Shown here piece by piece: positions 1 to 10,505 of a stretch of DNA of 64,000 nucleotides. A program made the translations under genes and the position numbers. Positions within the stretch are counted from its first letter, which is position 1, and the number at the start of each line of letters is the position of its first letter. The notes under the pieces are model-generated. The model did no database searches and was not told the DNA's origin. It was given only the letters and a program-made list of their open reading frames with translations. The stretch spans positions 248,001 through 312,000 of the IMG/VR virus record IMGVR_UViG_3300018080_008436. One strand, written 5' to 3'.

Positions 1-1
1 T

Positions 2-289
2 CTCATCGAAATCATTCATCCCTTGATCGAATGCTTCAAGTTTATGTCTGAATTGCTCTTTTTCCATATCCCAGACAATTGGTTTCTTATCGACCAATCT
101 GGAATCAATCCCTTCGTCCAAAAGATACTTATGATTGTCCTCTCCAAAAGTATAACAAACATAAGGCTCGTTCCAGGGATTCATCTTAAGTAGTTTAATG
201 TCATTATCAATTTTAGAACGTCTTTTATAGAGGCGACGACCCTGATGATCATGAATCCCCCATAGACTTCTTACAAAACCTCTCTTCAT
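2..289 (-). CDS. Putative glycosyltransferase, paralog of 300..1046 (runs off window start)
   Basis: Manual translation MKRGFVRSLWGIHDHQGRR...YTFGEDNHKYL...WDMEKEQFRHKLEAF aligns to N-terminus of 300..1046. Confidence 0.65.
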   Translation of the reverse strand, partial: MKRGFVRSLWGIHDHQGRRLYKRRSKIDNDIKLLKMNPWNEPYVCYTFGEDNHKYLLDEGIDSRLVDKKPIVWDMEKEQFRHKLEAFDQGMNDFDE

Positions 290-299
290 TATTTATACC

Positions 300-1046
300 T
301 CATAGTAAATGTAAAAAACATGATTTCTTTCCATCTAACATGGTTTGTGAATAGACGGATTTTCTTCTTAAATTGCAAACCTCTGGCTCAAACAAATTCC
401 AGTAGACTTCTGAACCACACCAACCACCACAGAAATCATCAATGTATTTAGACATTGCAGGTTCATCATCAAAAATCAAACTTTTTTCTCGGAACCGAAG
501 TTCCAATCCTCTTTTCTGTCTTTCCGCCTGCTTTTCGTCAACCCATTTATGAAGGCCATCCCATATATCTATCATCTTTTCTGGGATAGAATCATCTCTA
601 AAATAGGCGAATCCTCCATTACAAACTTTTCTAAGATCTGTTTCTCTCCAAAGGCACTTTTTAGTCCTATATTGGAATAGGTTAGCCTGGAAGGACTCTT
701 TTTTACCCAATTCGTCCCAAACATAGTCGAATTTATCAGTTGGCACACAATCCCAATCGAGAAAAGCAATCTCATCAAAATAATTGAATGCGATATGAAA
801 AATCTCTAGTTTATGACGGTACATCTCCGTTTCAAGATCCCACATGGTTGGGAATGTATTTACGCAGATGGAGTTAAAGCCATTATCTTCCAGCCATTTG
901 TGGTTCTCATGCCCAAACGTAAATATCGTAAACCAATCTCGTTCTTTGGTTTCAAGAATTTCCTTTTGGATTTTACCGTTACGATGTTTCCAAACATCGC
1001 CCCACAAACCTCTTATGAATGCTCTCCTTACAGTGGACATTCCCAT
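300..1046 (-). CDS. Putative GT-A fold glycosyltransferase
   Basis: DxD motif FLDWDC, NGGF motif, glycan-cluster context. Confidence 0.55.
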   Translation of the reverse strand: MGMSTVRRAFIRGLWGDVWKHRNGKIQKEILETKERDWFTIFTFGHENHKWLEDNGFNSICVNTFPTMWDLETEMYRHKLEIFHIAFNYFDEIAFLDWDCVPTDKFDYVWDELGKKESFQANLFQYRTKKCLWRETDLRKVCNGGFAYFRDDSIPEKMIDIWDGLHKWVDEKQAERQKRGLELRFREKSLIFDDEPAMSKYIDDFCGGWCGSEVYWNLFEPEVCNLRRKSVYSQTMLDGKKSCFLHLL

Positions 1047-1834
1047 CCAAGCTCCTCAGATAACTCTTTCAGTTCATCATTTTGAGTTAATTTGACGAAA
1101 CGATTGTCGTCTTTGACAGTTTCCCATCTTTTGAGAACATTCATCGACTGGGCATCCTTCTTTTTCTTCATTCCGTCAAAACTACTTCCCCATGATCTCC
1201 CATGACCTATCTTCATGACTGTATTCAATCGACTATCATCTTCTTTGAGGTCAAGAATTGTTTCCAACAACCTTCTGTACTGTGGATCTGAAAACCATTC
1301 ATCATATTTAAGAACAACCTTATGTTCAAAATTCTGAGTCTTGTTCAGACATTCTTTGGCCATTTTTATCCACATTTTTGAGAAACTATTTGGATTTGAC
1401 AAAAGTCTGTTCCTACCCCAGTTTAATACACTAGCATATTGGTTATATGGGTCTCGTATTACAAGGACATTATCTCTTCGTTTACTAAACTCATCCAGTC
1501 CATATTGTTGACAGAAATAATGTTTCTGCTCTCGAATCTCTGGGTTGAGTCCAATATCGAATACTGTAAACTCCGTTCCGAGAATGATCGCACTTGGCTT
1601 GGAATTTCCAACCTCATCATAATGAGTCAGTTCCTTATATCCCAACTCATCTTTAGTAAAAGCCCAAAAAGGGATTTCAAAACCAACCATCTTGCCTTTC
1701 TTTCTGCCAAGCTGAGACATACAGTTCTTATAAACAACTGAATCAAAATGACCTATAAGCCAAGATGTGATTGCATGCTGTCCAGTTCTCTGTACTCCCA
1801 CTACATGAATTTCTCTATCAGTTGCGTAATTCAT
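1028..1834 (-). CDS. Sulfotransferase-like protein
   Basis: PAPS-loop-like GVQRTGQHAI and IRDPYNQYAS; paralog of 60888..61760. Confidence 0.6.
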   Translation of the reverse strand: MNYATDREIHVVGVQRTGQHAITSWLIGHFDSVVYKNCMSQLGRKKGKMVGFEIPFWAFTKDELGYKELTHYDEVGNSKPSAIILGTEFTVFDIGLNPEIREQKHYFCQQYGLDEFSKRRDNVLVIRDPYNQYASVLNWGRNRLLSNPNSFSKMWIKMAKECLNKTQNFEHKVVLKYDEWFSDPQYRRLLETILDLKEDDSRLNTVMKIGHGRSWGSSFDGMKKKKDAQSMNVLKRWETVKDDNRFVKLTQNDELKELSEELGWECPL

Positions 1835-3681
1835 TTTACCTCACGAATTATGAATATAAAATCTTCCTCTTTGGGTTCAATAACCTCGCACTTAGGGCAT
1901 TCAAAATCATTCTTCTTGTTTATTTTTTCACAAGTATCTGACCCACCATGTTCAAAACATAACATGGGATGAGGTTCTTCCTCAGGCATATTGGCGTTTT
2001 GTTCGACAATTTCTTGATCGATCTCAAACCCACCCTCATGTTCTTCAACATAGTCTTCCATTTGATCATCAGACCCAAAACACTCTTTCTCCTGATTAGC
2101 CGCTTCAACTTGCTTGATCTTCTCAGCAAGCTCACTAATTGGCCTTCTGCTATTGCCTTGAGTAAATCCATGATTTCTCTTAAAATTAGCGACTCCACCA
2201 AGATGAGGATCAAAACGGTTGCAGACAAAAAACATGTAAGTATCCTGACTTGGTACAGGCAATTTTCTCTCTCTTAAAAGTGAAACACAAAAACGAGTAA
2301 ATTTCGCCTTATGCAACTGAATAAAAGAAATAGTTCTTTTTGTGTTGTGATAAAATCTTCTGCCTTTTACTTCTCCCTCATCCATCATGGGTTTAGCGTT
2401 TTTAAGCTTTCGCCTCCAATGCCCAGTGGCCCATTTGTCAAGCTTTTTGATGTGTTCTGGTCTGCTATATGACCACTTATGGCCACAATAAGCGTATTTC
2501 TTCATATCTTCGTTGAATAATGGTTTGTCATTGGTCGCATAACTATCTGCATCCAATTTCAACCAATAATCTGTTTTGACATGTTCTGCTGTTCCAAAAA
2601 CAAACGCACTCAGCATTTCTTCTCTATGATCATCAGCTTCTGGGAAAGACCATGGAATTAATTTCACATTAGGAAGTTTAAGAAACTCTAACCTTTCGTC
2701 ATTCAGTTCCATCCCATTAACAAAAACCATAACAGGATATTTATCGATGTTTTTGTACTTTCTCCAGTTAGGAAATGTCAACCTAAGAAATTCTACATAT
2801 TTCTCATCACAGGCAGTAACAATTGTTACATCATCAATAATCCCATCTCTGACTTTCAAATATTTTCTAAGTCTTTTATCAGCATATTGAAGGTAATGGT
2901 TGATATTTGCTGTATTGTTTTCACACATCTCTTCGAATTCTTTCTTCCAATGATCGCAATTTGGAAAATCCAAACAATGCTTCTTACCATGGAAGTGGAC
3001 AACTCTCTTGTCCTCTACCTTTTCTCCAAACTTTACGCTAACATTGTATTTAATTGGGGCGATGTGGACTTTCAAACCCCACTCGTCAGCAGAGGGATAT
3101 AGAATCTGGAAGGCAACTTCATCTGGAATAAATATCCTGGCTTTAGATCCCTTGTGGGCCAGATTTACCCAATCAGTTACGAATTTCGTCCACTTCTTAG
3201 ACTTTCTGAACGAAAGGATGCCAGTGTTCACTGCTGGATTTTCCTCAAGAGCTTTCTTCATATGTCTTTCTTCAGCGATGCCGTCAAATTTCTTAACTCT
3301 TTTTGCCATTGTTCGGCCATTTGACTTCCATCCACAAAAATGAGGTATTGAAACATCTGCATCGTCAAGATAATCAAACATTTCATCAATACTACCTTTA
3401 AGAACCATATCAGAATCAAGCCAAAGTGTTCTGTCATAAGGAGGGTTAGCAAACATATCTGTTTTTCTGACAAGAGTTTTTAGTTCATGCTTCTCGTCAT
3501 TATGGATAATATCAACATTGTAATGCTTACAAACATCGTCAAATTCATGAGGGTAGGGATCTTCAAGATAAAACGTAATAGGGCCATCCCAGTGCCTTCT
3601 AATCGTTTCGAGAGCGACGATTGCTCGGACAATACATTGATCTCCCCTATTAAACATAATAATTCCGCGTGTTTCTTCCAT
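1831..3681 (-). CDS. Two-domain glycosyltransferase (GT8-like + second GT-A domain)
   Basis: LWLDSD...NTGI...DEVAF...HFHG and second WLKLDAD domain. Confidence 0.65.
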   Translation of the reverse strand: MEETRGIIMFNRGDQCIVRAIVALETIRRHWDGPITFYLEDPYPHEFDDVCKHYNVDIIHNDEKHELKTLVRKTDMFANPPYDRTLWLDSDMVLKGSIDEMFDYLDDADVSIPHFCGWKSNGRTMAKRVKKFDGIAEERHMKKALEENPAVNTGILSFRKSKKWTKFVTDWVNLAHKGSKARIFIPDEVAFQILYPSADEWGLKVHIAPIKYNVSVKFGEKVEDKRVVHFHGKKHCLDFPNCDHWKKEFEEMCENNTANINHYLQYADKRLRKYLKVRDGIIDDVTIVTACDEKYVEFLRLTFPNWRKYKNIDKYPVMVFVNGMELNDERLEFLKLPNVKLIPWSFPEADDHREEMLSAFVFGTAEHVKTDYWLKLDADSYATNDKPLFNEDMKKYAYCGHKWSYSRPEHIKKLDKWATGHWRRKLKNAKPMMDEGEVKGRRFYHNTKRTISFIQLHKAKFTRFCVSLLRERKLPVPSQDTYMFFVCNRFDPHLGGVANFKRNHGFTQGNSRRPISELAEKIKQVEAANQEKECFGSDDQMEDYVEEHEGGFEIDQEIVEQNANMPEEEPHPMLCFEHGGSDTCEKINKKNDFECPKCEVIEPKEEDFIFIIREVK

Positions 3682-3738
3682 AAATGCAAATTCCTTGTGA
3701 GGGTTACTCGATTTTATTATACAGGGATAATTGTGGGA

Positions 3739-3993
3739 TTATATACTTCGGTGCTTATTATTTGCAATCCAAGTTATTCCTTGATAAATCCCAGGTTTAT
3801 AGTAGTCAAATCGGTATTGTCTTTTGAGTTGGGCAAGTTCTTCATCTGTGAGATCTTCGAAAGTTTTTCCTTCTGGCAAAAACTGCTCTTCGGATCTCTG
3901 GAAAACATCCATATCCTTAGACACGTCATCGTAAGTATCTACAGCGTCCCTGGGTTTAGAAATAGCTGGTTGAAAACGTTCCATTTCGAACAT
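3739..3993 (-). CDS. Hypothetical protein
   Basis: ORF with GGAGG RBS. Confidence 0.6.
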   Translation of the reverse strand: MFEMERFQPAISKPRDAVDTYDDVSKDMDVFQRSEEQFLPEGKTFEDLTDEELAQLKRQYRFDYYKPGIYQGITWIANNKHRSI

Positions 3994-4023
3994 AATAACA
4001 CCTCCAAGTATTTATTCAATACT

Positions 4024-4965
4024 CTACTGGAGATACCCTAGTTCTTCCAAAAGTGCCATGGCCCTTTCATTCTTTGTGAATTCATCAATTCTATCTTGAT
4101 GTTCTGACTTCTTCCATTTGCCAACTCTATTGGATGAGATCTTCTTTGCTTCCCCTGCCCAGGCATAATTAGTTTTTACATTAGTAGAATCCTGATAATC
4201 AACCAATTCTTTCTCATATGGGATACCTATATGAGAACATACCCTCTGCAATGTCTCTTCTGGCTTTATTACAAGATCTTCATATTTGACTATCATAGAG
4301 ATATCTTTAAATTCAAGACCCTTTGTAACATCATTAACCCATCGATCTATATCTACCCAATATTGCCCAGGATGATATGGATGAACCGATGTAGTAACAT
4401 CTCTTCCATCTCTTATCAAATGTATAAGCTTTACATCGCCCTTGAATATTTTATGAATTTCATCAAAAACTAAGATATTTTTAGGTGTCTTTTCACACCA
4501 GATCTTCCCATCCATGTCATGTCCGTCAAGCTCTCTTATGATTCTAATAAGTCTTGTTGGATTTGGATAAAAGGCAAAAAGTTCTTCATCAATGGCATGA
4601 ATCTTCTCATGAGCACCAAGTATACTAAGCAAAAGAGTAGTCCCTGATCTACCACACCCTCCAACAATAACTGGAGAACCATATTTCTTGAGAGCCTCTA
4701 CCTCTCGATACATCCAAGTGTTTATTGTACCAGATGAAACCATCTCTTTGAACAACTTGACAAACAACTCTGGATTATTCTCAGCAGGCTTTTCGTAAGA
4801 AACTCTCCATGAATCTCCCCAAAGCCATTTCCCTCCACTCTCAAAATGAACGAACTGCGAAGAAGCCCCTTCCTCTATCTTATATATTGACTCACCAGGA
4901 TGAGTATAATATTTATACGGTTCTATTGTAAGTACTTTGTCTATAGAAGCTTTGGTTATTTTCAT
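4024..4965 (-). CDS. Sulfotransferase
   Basis: GCGRSGTTLL, EKTPKN, LIRDGRDV, VKYEDLV motifs. Confidence 0.85.
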   Translation of the reverse strand: MKITKASIDKVLTIEPYKYYTHPGESIYKIEEGASSQFVHFESGGKWLWGDSWRVSYEKPAENNPELFVKLFKEMVSSGTINTWMYREVEALKKYGSPVIVGGCGRSGTTLLLSILGAHEKIHAIDEELFAFYPNPTRLIRIIRELDGHDMDGKIWCEKTPKNILVFDEIHKIFKGDVKLIHLIRDGRDVTTSVHPYHPGQYWVDIDRWVNDVTKGLEFKDISMIVKYEDLVIKPEETLQRVCSHIGIPYEKELVDYQDSTNVKTNYAWAGEAKKISSNRVGKWKKSEHQDRIDEFTKNERAMALLEELGYLQ

Positions 4966-5663
4966 TGCATCCTCACGAAACTGTCACAGAAGCCCCTTAA
5001 TCTTCTAAGATCTTCACAATCCATAGATCCCAGATGCCCCTTCTCATAATTTGCTTGCAACGATTTATCAAGAGTAAAGTGTTTTTCTACAACCTTAGCT
5101 CCGCGAACAACAGAAGCAATTGCCGCAGTTAATCCAAAAGTATGATCACTAAAACCCATGTATCTTGAGTTTTTAAAATCGCAATTTGGAATATCTTCTA
5201 AACGTGCTGGATAATCTGAGATACATAAAAAATAATGGACGTTATCTCCATCATATCGAAAATCATTCTGGTTAAAACCGTTAGATACATAGACTGGCTT
5301 GTTAGTTGCCATCACTTTATGACATAATGCCATGTCTTCAAAAGTTCGACTTGCTATCTTGTAACTGGAGAAGCTCAACTGTTCGCACCAATAGAATCTT
5401 TCCTCATCAAAAACGGAACAAAGAACCCCAAGGTCAATTGAATCGGCATATCTCTTGATTCTACTTAGCTCTGGTAATGTAATTTCAGCATACTTCTTTC
5501 TGTCATCACCAAATAGTCTTTGTGATGAATATAGTTGGAATTTCACCATATCTGCTCCAAATGTCTTGCATTGAAGCATCATACTAAATATCGCATCAAT
5601 CGATCCGCCATGTTGAGGATGCAGTTCTGCTATGATCTCAATTCTTTCGTTTTTTGGTTCCAT
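4962..5663 (-). CDS. neuB: N-acetylneuraminate (nonulosonate) synthase family, no C-terminal SAF domain
   Basis: IIAE..HGG, ADMVKFQ, YKIASR, GFSDHT, VEKHFTLD motifs. Confidence 0.85.
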   Translation of the reverse strand: MEPKNERIEIIAELHPQHGGSIDAIFSMMLQCKTFGADMVKFQLYSSQRLFGDDRKKYAEITLPELSRIKRYADSIDLGVLCSVFDEERFYWCEQLSFSSYKIASRTFEDMALCHKVMATNKPVYVSNGFNQNDFRYDGDNVHYFLCISDYPARLEDIPNCDFKNSRYMGFSDHTFGLTAAIASVVRGAKVVEKHFTLDKSLQANYEKGHLGSMDCEDLRRLRGFCDSFVRMQ

Positions 5664-6264
5664 TGAGTCTTTCCTCCACTTCTTTTACATTGTCAATATC
5701 ATGCACATCTATATAATTTGTAACATAGACACCACTTCTCGTACTAAGAGACTTTTGATAAACATACTCCCTTCTCATTATTCTAAAAGCGGCATTCATT
5801 ATAAGATCCTCATTAACACTAAATATCTCACTTCGGTCGAACTTTATAAATTTCTCAAGTGCTCGATCTAAATCATCACTATTGATCTCTGGAGAATTCG
5901 CCTGTACTGAAATTACGATGTCTGGAATACCAACTGTATCATAATTAGGGCTAACTATTGTACCTGCCTCTGGATTAACAAGAACATCCGTTGCATGTAT
6001 AATTGCGTCCTGTTTAAATACATGATCTTCTGCCAACTCTTCTGGTCTAACAATAACTCCAGCCCTATGGCCCAAGGCTATGCCCCAAATTTCCTTATCT
6101 TCAGTTGAAACATAAACCCTATCAATATATTCAGACTTTTGGCAGGCATTTATTGCCCAAGCCAACATCGGAACACCACAAACTGGGTAAATGTTCTTTC
6201 TAGGCAATCTTTTAGACCCACCTCTTGCAGGTATTACGGCAACAACTTTTTTCCCATCAATCAT
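5638..6264 (-). CDS. neuA: Acylneuraminate cytidylyltransferase
   Basis: AVIPARGGSKRLPRKN, VSTED motifs; adjacent to neuB. Confidence 0.88.
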   Translation of the reverse strand: MIDGKKVVAVIPARGGSKRLPRKNIYPVCGVPMLAWAINACQKSEYIDRVYVSTEDKEIWGIALGHRAGVIVRPEELAEDHVFKQDAIIHATDVLVNPEAGTIVSPNYDTVGIPDIVISVQANSPEINSDDLDRALEKFIKFDRSEIFSVNEDLIMNAAFRIMRREYVYQKSLSTRSGVYVTNYIDVHDIDNVKEVEERLNGTKKRKN

Positions 6265-6881
6265 ACAATTGTCTCTTTGTACTCTTGGCTCTTCGTTTTG
6301 TTGCTCTTATGCATTCTATATCTATAGAAAGGGAACTTCAAATGATGGATTTTGTATTTCTCTCCGAGTCTCTTTCTCAATTCCTCTTCCTCTCTATGTC
6401 TCATAGCAGGATTGTAACCACCTAATTCAAGGAGCAAATCTCTACGATACATAATCCCACAAGAAATTGGATCTGTTTCTGCGTACTTTCTTTCAATCTC
6501 ATGCTCGAAATTATCAACATGATAATAATCGCAAGAAACGCAGAATGCATCATGATTACTCATCAAATAAGTTCTCATGAAAAAGGCGAGATTCTTGTTA
6601 ATGAAATCATCGGCATCAACTCGAACAGCAAATTGCCCTCTAGCGGCCCTTAAGCCAACGTTAGACGCTTCTGCGACTCCCAGGTTAGTTTCATTCCTAA
6701 TGTAAATGATATCCTTAAGGAATGGCTTTACAACTTCGCTTGAGTTGTCTGTACTGTTATCATCAACCAGAATGATCTCAGGCTCAATATTAGCTTGGTC
6801 AAGACAACTTCTTAGGCATCTTGCCAAGTACCTTCCATAGTTATAGTTAGTGATGATTATTGAAACGTCACTTGTCTTCAT
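6261..6881 (-). CDS. Glycosyltransferase family 2
   Basis: VSIIITNYNYGRYL, VDDNSTD, VDADD; start trimmed to MKTSD. Confidence 0.9.
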   Translation of the reverse strand: MKTSDVSIIITNYNYGRYLARCLRSCLDQANIEPEIILVDDNSTDNSSEVVKPFLKDIIYIRNETNLGVAEASNVGLRAARGQFAVRVDADDFINKNLAFFMRTYLMSNHDAFCVSCDYYHVDNFEHEIERKYAETDPISCGIMYRRDLLLELGGYNPAMRHREEEELRKRLGEKYKIHHLKFPFYRYRMHKSNKTKSQEYKETIV

Positions 6882-7474
6882 GATATTACCTCCAATTGAA
6901 CACCCTCCCAATCAATAACTGTACCAGATCCGAGAGCATTCCAATCCTTTTCTTCTCCAATATATTTTACAACTTTTAGGTCTTCAGATGACTTTATAAA
7001 ATCGATAACCTTATCTCCTTTCTTCGTCACTAACCCATAATCATGTATTACGATGATCGGATTCTGATTGATAGAAACCCCAATGGCATTCTGGATGTCC
7101 ATTCTCAGGTTCTTCTCAGTGTGAATACAATCTATTAAAACGAAACCTATATTTTCTAGGTCCCATTCTTCATTATAAACATCTTTTTCGATAATTTTAT
7201 AATTATCCAACCCAAGTGAAGAACATAATTTGTCAGCATTGCGAACCTGCTCTACTGAATGATCAAAGCCATACACTTGTTTTCCCAATTGTTTCGCTAC
7301 AGTTGCAAGAACAGCAGTTGTATTCCCAGATGAAGTACCCACTTCCAAAATATCTCCTTCAAAAGGACACTCCAACAAAATATCAATAACATCTTTTTTG
7401 AACTTGAGGGTTGTCGTCGCCTTCACTTTATCTTTATGCTGGATCTTACTCAATAACTCTTCAAAACTATCCAT
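6878..7474 (-). CDS. Class I SAM-dependent methyltransferase
   Basis: LEVGTSSG, IDCIH, HDY motifs. Confidence 0.75.
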   Translation of the reverse strand: MDSFEELLSKIQHKDKVKATTTLKFKKDVIDILLECPFEGDILEVGTSSGNTTAVLATVAKQLGKQVYGFDHSVEQVRNADKLCSSLGLDNYKIIEKDVYNEEWDLENIGFVLIDCIHTEKNLRMDIQNAIGVSINQNPIIVIHDYGLVTKKGDKVIDFIKSSEDLKVVKYIGEEKDWNALGSGTVIDWEGVQLEVIS

Positions 7475-8141
7475 TAATATAACCCTCCAATACAGAAAAC
7501 CACTTGCTCCTATCCCCTTTCAGCCCACCTCTTCCTTGATGTAAGAAAAATGGATCATCATTGATAAATGATTGTTCACAATAAACTTCAGGGAATACGT
7601 GCTTCTCTTCCATCTCTTTATTGTTCCTTGAGTTGGGCAATATTAAGAATTCCAGACCATTGTCTTCACAAAATTTCGTAAGATTACCGCCAGTATCTTG
7701 ATGTTCATGAGAAAAAACCAAATTGTTGTCCGTTAGGAAACTCCGACGCATAAACATGAACTGAGGTCTAGCAATACCCAGAGATTCTTCGTATCTTCCT
7801 GATACAAAAGCATATTTGTCTGCCAATTCTTTTAAATCCTTCACCCATTCTCTAACAAAAACCGTATCTGGATCAAGTATGCAAACGTATTCATTCTTGC
7901 AAAACTGAAAAGCTTGATTCACCCCATTCGAATGACTTTCTGAACCTAATGAACCTTTGTAATTACCTGGTTCTATGTGTATACCAGATTGATCCTTGAA
8001 AATTGCATTTAATTCAGATAAATCATTCGAATTGTCAACAATTACGACATTGTAATCACACAAAACGAACCTTTTTATGCTATTGGTCAACAATTTTATA
8101 AACCTGACCGATTTGTAGTTTACTATAACGAAATCTATCAT
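7467..8141 (-). CDS. Glycosyltransferase family 2-like
   Basis: VIVNYKS, IVDNS, ILDPD. Confidence 0.75.
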   Translation of the reverse strand: MIDFVIVNYKSVRFIKLLTNSIKRFVLCDYNVVIVDNSNDLSELNAIFKDQSGIHIEPGNYKGSLGSESHSNGVNQAFQFCKNEYVCILDPDTVFVREWVKDLKELADKYAFVSGRYEESLGIARPQFMFMRRSFLTDNNLVFSHEHQDTGGNLTKFCEDNGLEFLILPNSRNNKEMEEKHVFPEVYCEQSFINDDPFFLHQGRGGLKGDRSKWFSVLEGYING

Positions 8142-9280
8142 GAAACATCCTTTATAACACTATCTAATATTTTCTTTGCGACTCCACCTGGCTTAAACAG
8201 TTGTTTTTCCCTAACTTCATCAAATAGGTCTGAGAAATCTTTTGCCGTAACTCGATTAACAGCCTCTTCAAACTCTTCGAAGTTCACCTCATGATGTAAA
8301 AAGTCCTCAACAGAAGAACTCTTGGAACAAAGTGGACAATTATAAGGTTTGTCATATATCAAACTCGATAACTCTTTTCTTTTCTTATCCCTGATCTGTT
8401 TTTTGCAGAATGGGCAAACAATCCTATCCCCCAAATTAGCACAAAAATCATGATCATACAAAGGTCTAAAATTTCTCTCGTAAGGCTTGCAATTAACATT
8501 AACAATAGGTATACCCATCATAACGGCTTCTTTAATCGTTGAAGAACTGCTGTTAACCAACACATCACAAGCAGTCATTAACTCCATTGTCGGATGAGGA
8601 AACCACTTCTTATCTTCTATGTAGATATCCCCTCTCAGATCCTCTGTTGTCCTCTCTTTCGCTCTCGCTTTAACAACAACACAGTAATCCATCCTTCTTA
8701 GATAGTCAAAAACAACTCTGAAATCCACTATCCCGACATCTCTTAACCTGGGAACAATAACGAGAGCTTTTTTCTGGTCTTTGGGCAAGCCATATTCGCG
8801 GATAACCTCATCTCTATCAATTTTAAGATCATATTTAGGCAATCCACAATAGATATTCTTCTCAGACATAGTATTGTAGTACTTTGCAAAATATTCTCCT
8901 GGCATCACGATCTTATTGGCTCTGTTCTTATATAAATTGTGATATCCAGCATGTTTAAAATCACTCATATGGGTTAAAACTACGGTATATACATCTCCAT
9001 TTAAGAAATTAAGCCCTCTATTCTCTGAAACGAATACAGGAGTCCTAACACCCAATAATGCTCGTCTAGCGTTTTTATTGATGATCTCAAATCCATAAAT
9101 CTCACTCAATTGCCGTAAATTGTCAAGATTATCACATATGTTATTAAACCCTTTCTTACAGATTATATAAAAACGAGATTTTATCCCTAATTTATTGGCT
9201 TCTATTGCCATAGGGATAAAATATTTCAGCATATGAGTTTGTAGAACAACAAAGTTGATGAAATTCATCTTACTCCTCAA
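8138..9280 (-). CDS. GT-B fold transferase (TagF/sialyltransferase-like) with inserted CxxC..CxxC
   Basis: GLPKYD, DVLVNSSSSTIKEAVMMGIP; paralog of 10502..11488. Confidence 0.55.
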   Translation of the reverse strand: MRSKMNFINFVVLQTHMLKYFIPMAIEANKLGIKSRFYIICKKGFNNICDNLDNLRQLSEIYGFEIINKNARRALLGVRTPVFVSENRGLNFLNGDVYTVVLTHMSDFKHAGYHNLYKNRANKIVMPGEYFAKYYNTMSEKNIYCGLPKYDLKIDRDEVIREYGLPKDQKKALVIVPRLRDVGIVDFRVVFDYLRRMDYCVVVKARAKERTTEDLRGDIYIEDKKWFPHPTMELMTACDVLVNSSSSTIKEAVMMGIPIVNVNCKPYERNFRPLYDHDFCANLGDRIVCPFCKKQIRDKKRKELSSLIYDKPYNCPLCSKSSSVEDFLHHEVNFEEFEEAVNRVTAKDFSDLFDEVREKQLFKPGGVAKKILDSVIKDVS

Positions 9281-10505
9281 TGCCTGGAGATTTGTAATAA
9301 AATAACTGCATGTCTTTTCTCTGACATGTCAGCGGAGTCAGTTGAATGTTTTCGTCATATCTTCGATAATCTTCTGGCTCTATGCAATAATCAAACTTCC
9401 CAGTGTTGGTTTTGGCCCCCAACATATCTGATAACTCATAAATCAATACGTGCTTACAAACCCTTAATAGACCCTTCACTAACCGTGCCTTTTCCTCTCC
9501 TTTCGGAAGGTGCATAAGAAATCCCATACTAACGCCAAGATCAAAATAGTTGTCTTCATAATTCTCTAAGCAATATTTCCTCATGTCTCGACAGAAAAAA
9601 TGGGCGTTTCTATCTGAAAAAAGTTCCCTAGCTTGATTTAACGCTTCTTCACTGATGTCGAACCCTACAGCTTCACAATCATATCTATCAACAGCATACA
9701 ATAAATTTCTACCTACATTACACCCAACTTCAACGATATTATTTACATCAGCTTCATTGGAAATCTGATCAAAATAATCATACATAGATTTAGTTCGATC
9801 CTTTTTGACCTTAGAATTCAGATAGTTGCCCTTTATGGTCTCACCTTTGTATTTAACATACAAATTCTCTCCCCAATAATTCGCTTTTTTCTTTCTTAAA
9901 ATATAATATTTGTAAGAGCCATCTACCTCATCAAAATACTCATAATTAGGATTGAATGATTTGAATGATTCATCCACTTTCTTAATATCAAAAAGACTAC
10001 AATCAGCTTCATTAACCTCATGAGTTCCTTTATCAAATCCAATAACAATAATCCCATCTTCTTTTAGTATAGAAAACCACTTTTCTAAAGTAATATTTGG
10101 ATTTGGGGCGTGATCTAAAGAATTCGAAAAAATGATATCCCACTTCTCGTTCCAATCTTTTGGAAAATTCGAGAAATCCATTACGAAATCTGCATTAGAT
10201 TCTGGAGAAATATCAAGAGAACTCACAGAAACATTTTTGTCTTTTAGCCCCTCTCTCCAAACATCTCGTTCATGGTTGTTTCTCGTCCCAAGGCAGATCA
10301 TCTCAGAACCGTCTTCAACCAAATCATATATTTTGTCACAGCATTCTAAGTAATGATTTTTATCTCTCTTCTTGTAGGCTTTGGCCTTATGTCTTTTAAC
10401 CTGAGCATCAACATACTCATCTTGACTTACTCCCTCGTCGTAAAACCTTTTCTTAACAAAGTTAAAATCAAAAGTATTTTTAAATGCTCTTTTCTTCTTT
10501 CTCAT
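9270..10505 (-). CDS. Tandem class I SAM methyltransferase
   Basis: CLGTRN..FSNSLDH domain and EVGCNVG..GFDIS..LMHL domain. Confidence 0.75.
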   Translation of the reverse strand: MRKKKRAFKNTFDFNFVKKRFYDEGVSQDEYVDAQVKRHKAKAYKKRDKNHYLECCDKIYDLVEDGSEMICLGTRNNHERDVWREGLKDKNVSVSSLDISPESNADFVMDFSNFPKDWNEKWDIIFSNSLDHAPNPNITLEKWFSILKEDGIIVIGFDKGTHEVNEADCSLFDIKKVDESFKSFNPNYEYFDEVDGSYKYYILRKKKANYWGENLYVKYKGETIKGNYLNSKVKKDRTKSMYDYFDQISNEADVNNIVEVGCNVGRNLLYAVDRYDCEAVGFDISEEALNQARELFSDRNAHFFCRDMRKYCLENYEDNYFDLGVSMGFLMHLPKGEEKARLVKGLLRVCKHVLIYELSDMLGAKTNTGKFDYCIEPEDYRRYDENIQLTPLTCQRKDMQLFYYKSPGIEE

